In this document: one piece after another, positions 53,461-55,093 of the stretch
How the letters are laid out: each line of letters begins with the position of its first letter
Position numbering within the stretch: the stretch's first letter is position 1
Assembly (NCBI GenBank): GCA_001822835.1
Contig: MHSS01000014.1
Location: forward strand, 1-55,093
Length of the DNA: 55,093 bases
Reading direction: 5' to 3'
Source of the DNA: Candidatus Terrybacteria bacterium RIFCSPHIGHO2_01_FULL_48_17
Lineage (GTDB): Bacteria > Patescibacteriota > Minisyncoccia > Terrybacterales > 2-01-FULL-58-14
Made by a program: the position numbers and the translations under genes
Notes under the pieces: model-generated
Told to the model about the DNA's origin: nothing
Seen by the model: only the letters and a program-made list of their open reading frames with translations
Database searches by the model: none

Positions 53461-54567
53461 CTATTCGATCTGAACGGATTCTGTTTGATCAATAATTTCA
53501 ATCCACAGGGGTCCTTGGGCAAACGGGATTTCAGTACCCGCGACATCAAGAAAACGAAGGGGCGCGGACAAAGGACTCGCCTCTTTCTGCCATCTTCCCT
53601 CTACCGCCTCACCTAAACGCAGCACAGTCGCCTTCCCCTCTCCCACAATACGAATATCATTATATTGACCCTCAATCTGCCGAGAGGTTGTTCGCATAAT
53701 AACAATTGTTCCTGCAGTTACTTGCTGTTTCGTTGACGCATCAATTTCCGGCGTTCCCCCTCGCCGCCGCGCATATCGACCGGTTCCCGAATCATATTCC
53801 CACACAACACGATACGATGCAGGGTATAGAACAGTAGTTTTTTGCGTATGACCCTCTGCTTGCGCGTGGTTTTCAATCGCGGGAAATCCAGAAAAATGAG
53901 AGGTTGTACGGTATCCCAGTTTTTCGGCCACGGTTCGTAAGCGCTCAAATGAGGTGAAGCCATTGTGGGGTGCGGGTATGCCCGATTTTCGGAAATATGC
54001 GCCAAACGGATTGCGTAATGCGTCGATATCGTCAATAATTCCGCCACGCAATTGGTCGAGCGCAAAATGCGACCCGCCCCAATGCGCATATACCGCGTCA
54101 AACGCGGCTGCCAGGGGAATAAAATCGTCGCGCGCCGACCGGACTGATCCGATTTCGGCAGCATCCTTACATTGGAAAATTGCCATAAAACGGTTTACGG
54201 AACCAGTGACTACCGGCATTTCAACCACAATATCTGCTTGCCCGATTCCCGATAAGGGGCGCGCAACGATATCTCCCGCAAGCATAACAGCAATAGCGCG
54301 GGGAAGCTGCTGCTCGCCCTTGCATAAAACCTCACCGGCTTGCGGCGATAAGCGTTTTGATGCTTCGGGCAAAGAAGCCGTAATAGGATGAACGTTCTGT
54401 TTTTGTGCTATCCGAATTGTTCTTGGTAAAAACAAAAAAGAAAGAGCGCCAATCATTGCCATCGCCCCAACCCCCGCAATAAGCATCGTGCGTTTGGACA
54501 TAAGTAAAGCTATACAAAAAAGCAGCCCAGTGCCTTTACTTTTGCATGCCCTGCGCTGAATATGCAA
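53461..54567 (-). CDS. DUF3048 domain-containing exported protein
   Basis: 368 aa with an N-terminal TM/signal and ARPLSGIGQADIVVEMPVVTGSVNRFMAIF...IGSVRSARDDF...HWGGS. An alternative start is ATG 54501. Confidence 0.78.
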   Translation of the reverse strand: MHIQRRACKSKGTGLLFCIALLMSKRTMLIAGVGAMAMIGALSFLFLPRTIRIAQKQNVHPITASLPEASKRLSPQAGEVLCKGEQQLPRAIAVMLAGDIVARPLSGIGQADIVVEMPVVTGSVNRFMAIFQCKDAAEIGSVRSARDDFIPLAAAFDAVYAHWGGSHFALDQLRGGIIDDIDALRNPFGAYFRKSGIPAPHNGFTSFERLRTVAEKLGYRTTSHFSGFPAIENHAQAEGHTQKTTVLYPASYRVVWEYDSGTGRYARRRGGTPEIDASTKQQVTAGTIVIMRTTSRQIEGQYNDIRIVGEGKATVLRLGEAVEGRWQKEASPLSAPLRFLDVAGTEIPFAQGPLWIEIIDQTESVQIE

Positions 54568-54584
54568 GCACGATCAATGACGAC

Positions 54585-55093
54585 TTAGCCGCCTACAATG
54601 CTTTTTACCTTTGCCACGATTTCCCCAGGCGTGAAATGCGCCTTAATGAGAAAATCGGCTGCCCCCAAGCTCATCCCTTTTTCAATGTCTTCGCGCTGGC
54701 CGAGGTTAGAAAGAATAATAACAGGAACATTTGCATTTTTTGCTTCGGCCTTAAGCTGCCTCAACACCTCAAATCCATCTATGCCCGGCAAGATTAAATC
54801 AAGCAAAATAATGGATGGGGTTATCTCTTTTGCGTGCTTCAATGCTTCTTCTCCATCCATGGCCTCGTCCACCGCAAAGCCCTCGCGTTTTAGTTTCTGC
54901 ACCATAAGATCCCTCAAGAATTTGTCGTCTTCAACCACGAGCACCAAGGTATTTGCTCCGCCCTTCCCTTCCTTGCGCGAAGCCGTCTTTTTTGCGCCCA
55001 TGCTTAAACGCGCCATATTTGCCCTTACTTTCGTCACCACCTCTTCGGGATCGAAATCAGCTTTTACGAGGTAGTCAACTGCCCCCAATGCTT
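54585..55093 (-). CDS. Response-regulator receiver protein, 5'-truncated by the window edge
   Basis: Complete REC domain (LVLVVEDD, ILLDLILPGIDG, IILSNL, FLIKAHFTP). It is preceded by GAVDYLVKADFDPEEV, which looks like the end of another REC domain. The frame stays open to the window end. Confidence 0.85.
   Translation of the reverse strand, partial: ALGAVDYLVKADFDPEEVVTKVRANMARLSMGAKKTASRKEGKGGANTLVLVVEDDKFLRDLMVQKLKREGFAVDEAMDGEEALKHAKEITPSIILLDLILPGIDGFEVLRQLKAEAKNANVPVIILSNLGQREDIEKGMSLGAADFLIKAHFTPGEIVAKVKSIVGG

Overview
Gene-dense bacterial chromosomal segment. By my calls it holds 54 protein-coding genes and 1 tRNA-Leu(CAA). I found no rRNA, CRISPR array, transposase, integrase or phage genes.

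The core is housekeeping: ftsA-ftsZ, ybeY-rpsU, hisS, lepB, pth, a compact mfd, dprA-topA, a RelA/SpoT homologue, parA/parB, uppP, tsaC-yvcK, gpmI, clpP-tig, an H+-pyrophosphatase, nusA and holA.

Accessory or orphan content:
- a dockerin-like surface-protein gene wedged between parA and parB
- a Cys-rich PKD-repeat surface protein co-transcribed with a parvulin
- a spermidine-synthase-like/M28 fusion protein
- a tightly coupled 4-gene membrane operon built around a DUF2339/DUF3999-like pair
- several charged or Zn-ribbon orphan ORFs

The compact Mfd, the stand-alone GlmU acetyltransferase half, queuosine salvage, and the many orphan membrane and surface proteins fit a small-genome Patescibacteria/CPR-type organism. 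That assignment is inference only.

The most unusual signal is non-genic:
1. Long imperfect hairpin elements built from short degenerate word repeats sit immediately 5' of start codons. The hisS and topA copies are clearly homologous. The clpP and nusA leaders have the same architecture, with related words in-frame inside topA and tig.
2. A diverged ~105-nt dispersed repeat occurs in two intergenic copies.
3. A 27-nt exact duplication of the parB 5' end flanks the inserted surface-protein gene.
4. A perfect sigma70-consensus promoter drives a tiny plus-strand unit inside an otherwise minus-strand block.

All coordinates and motifs were read by eye from the sequence and the ORF track. No database search or folding calculation was possible.
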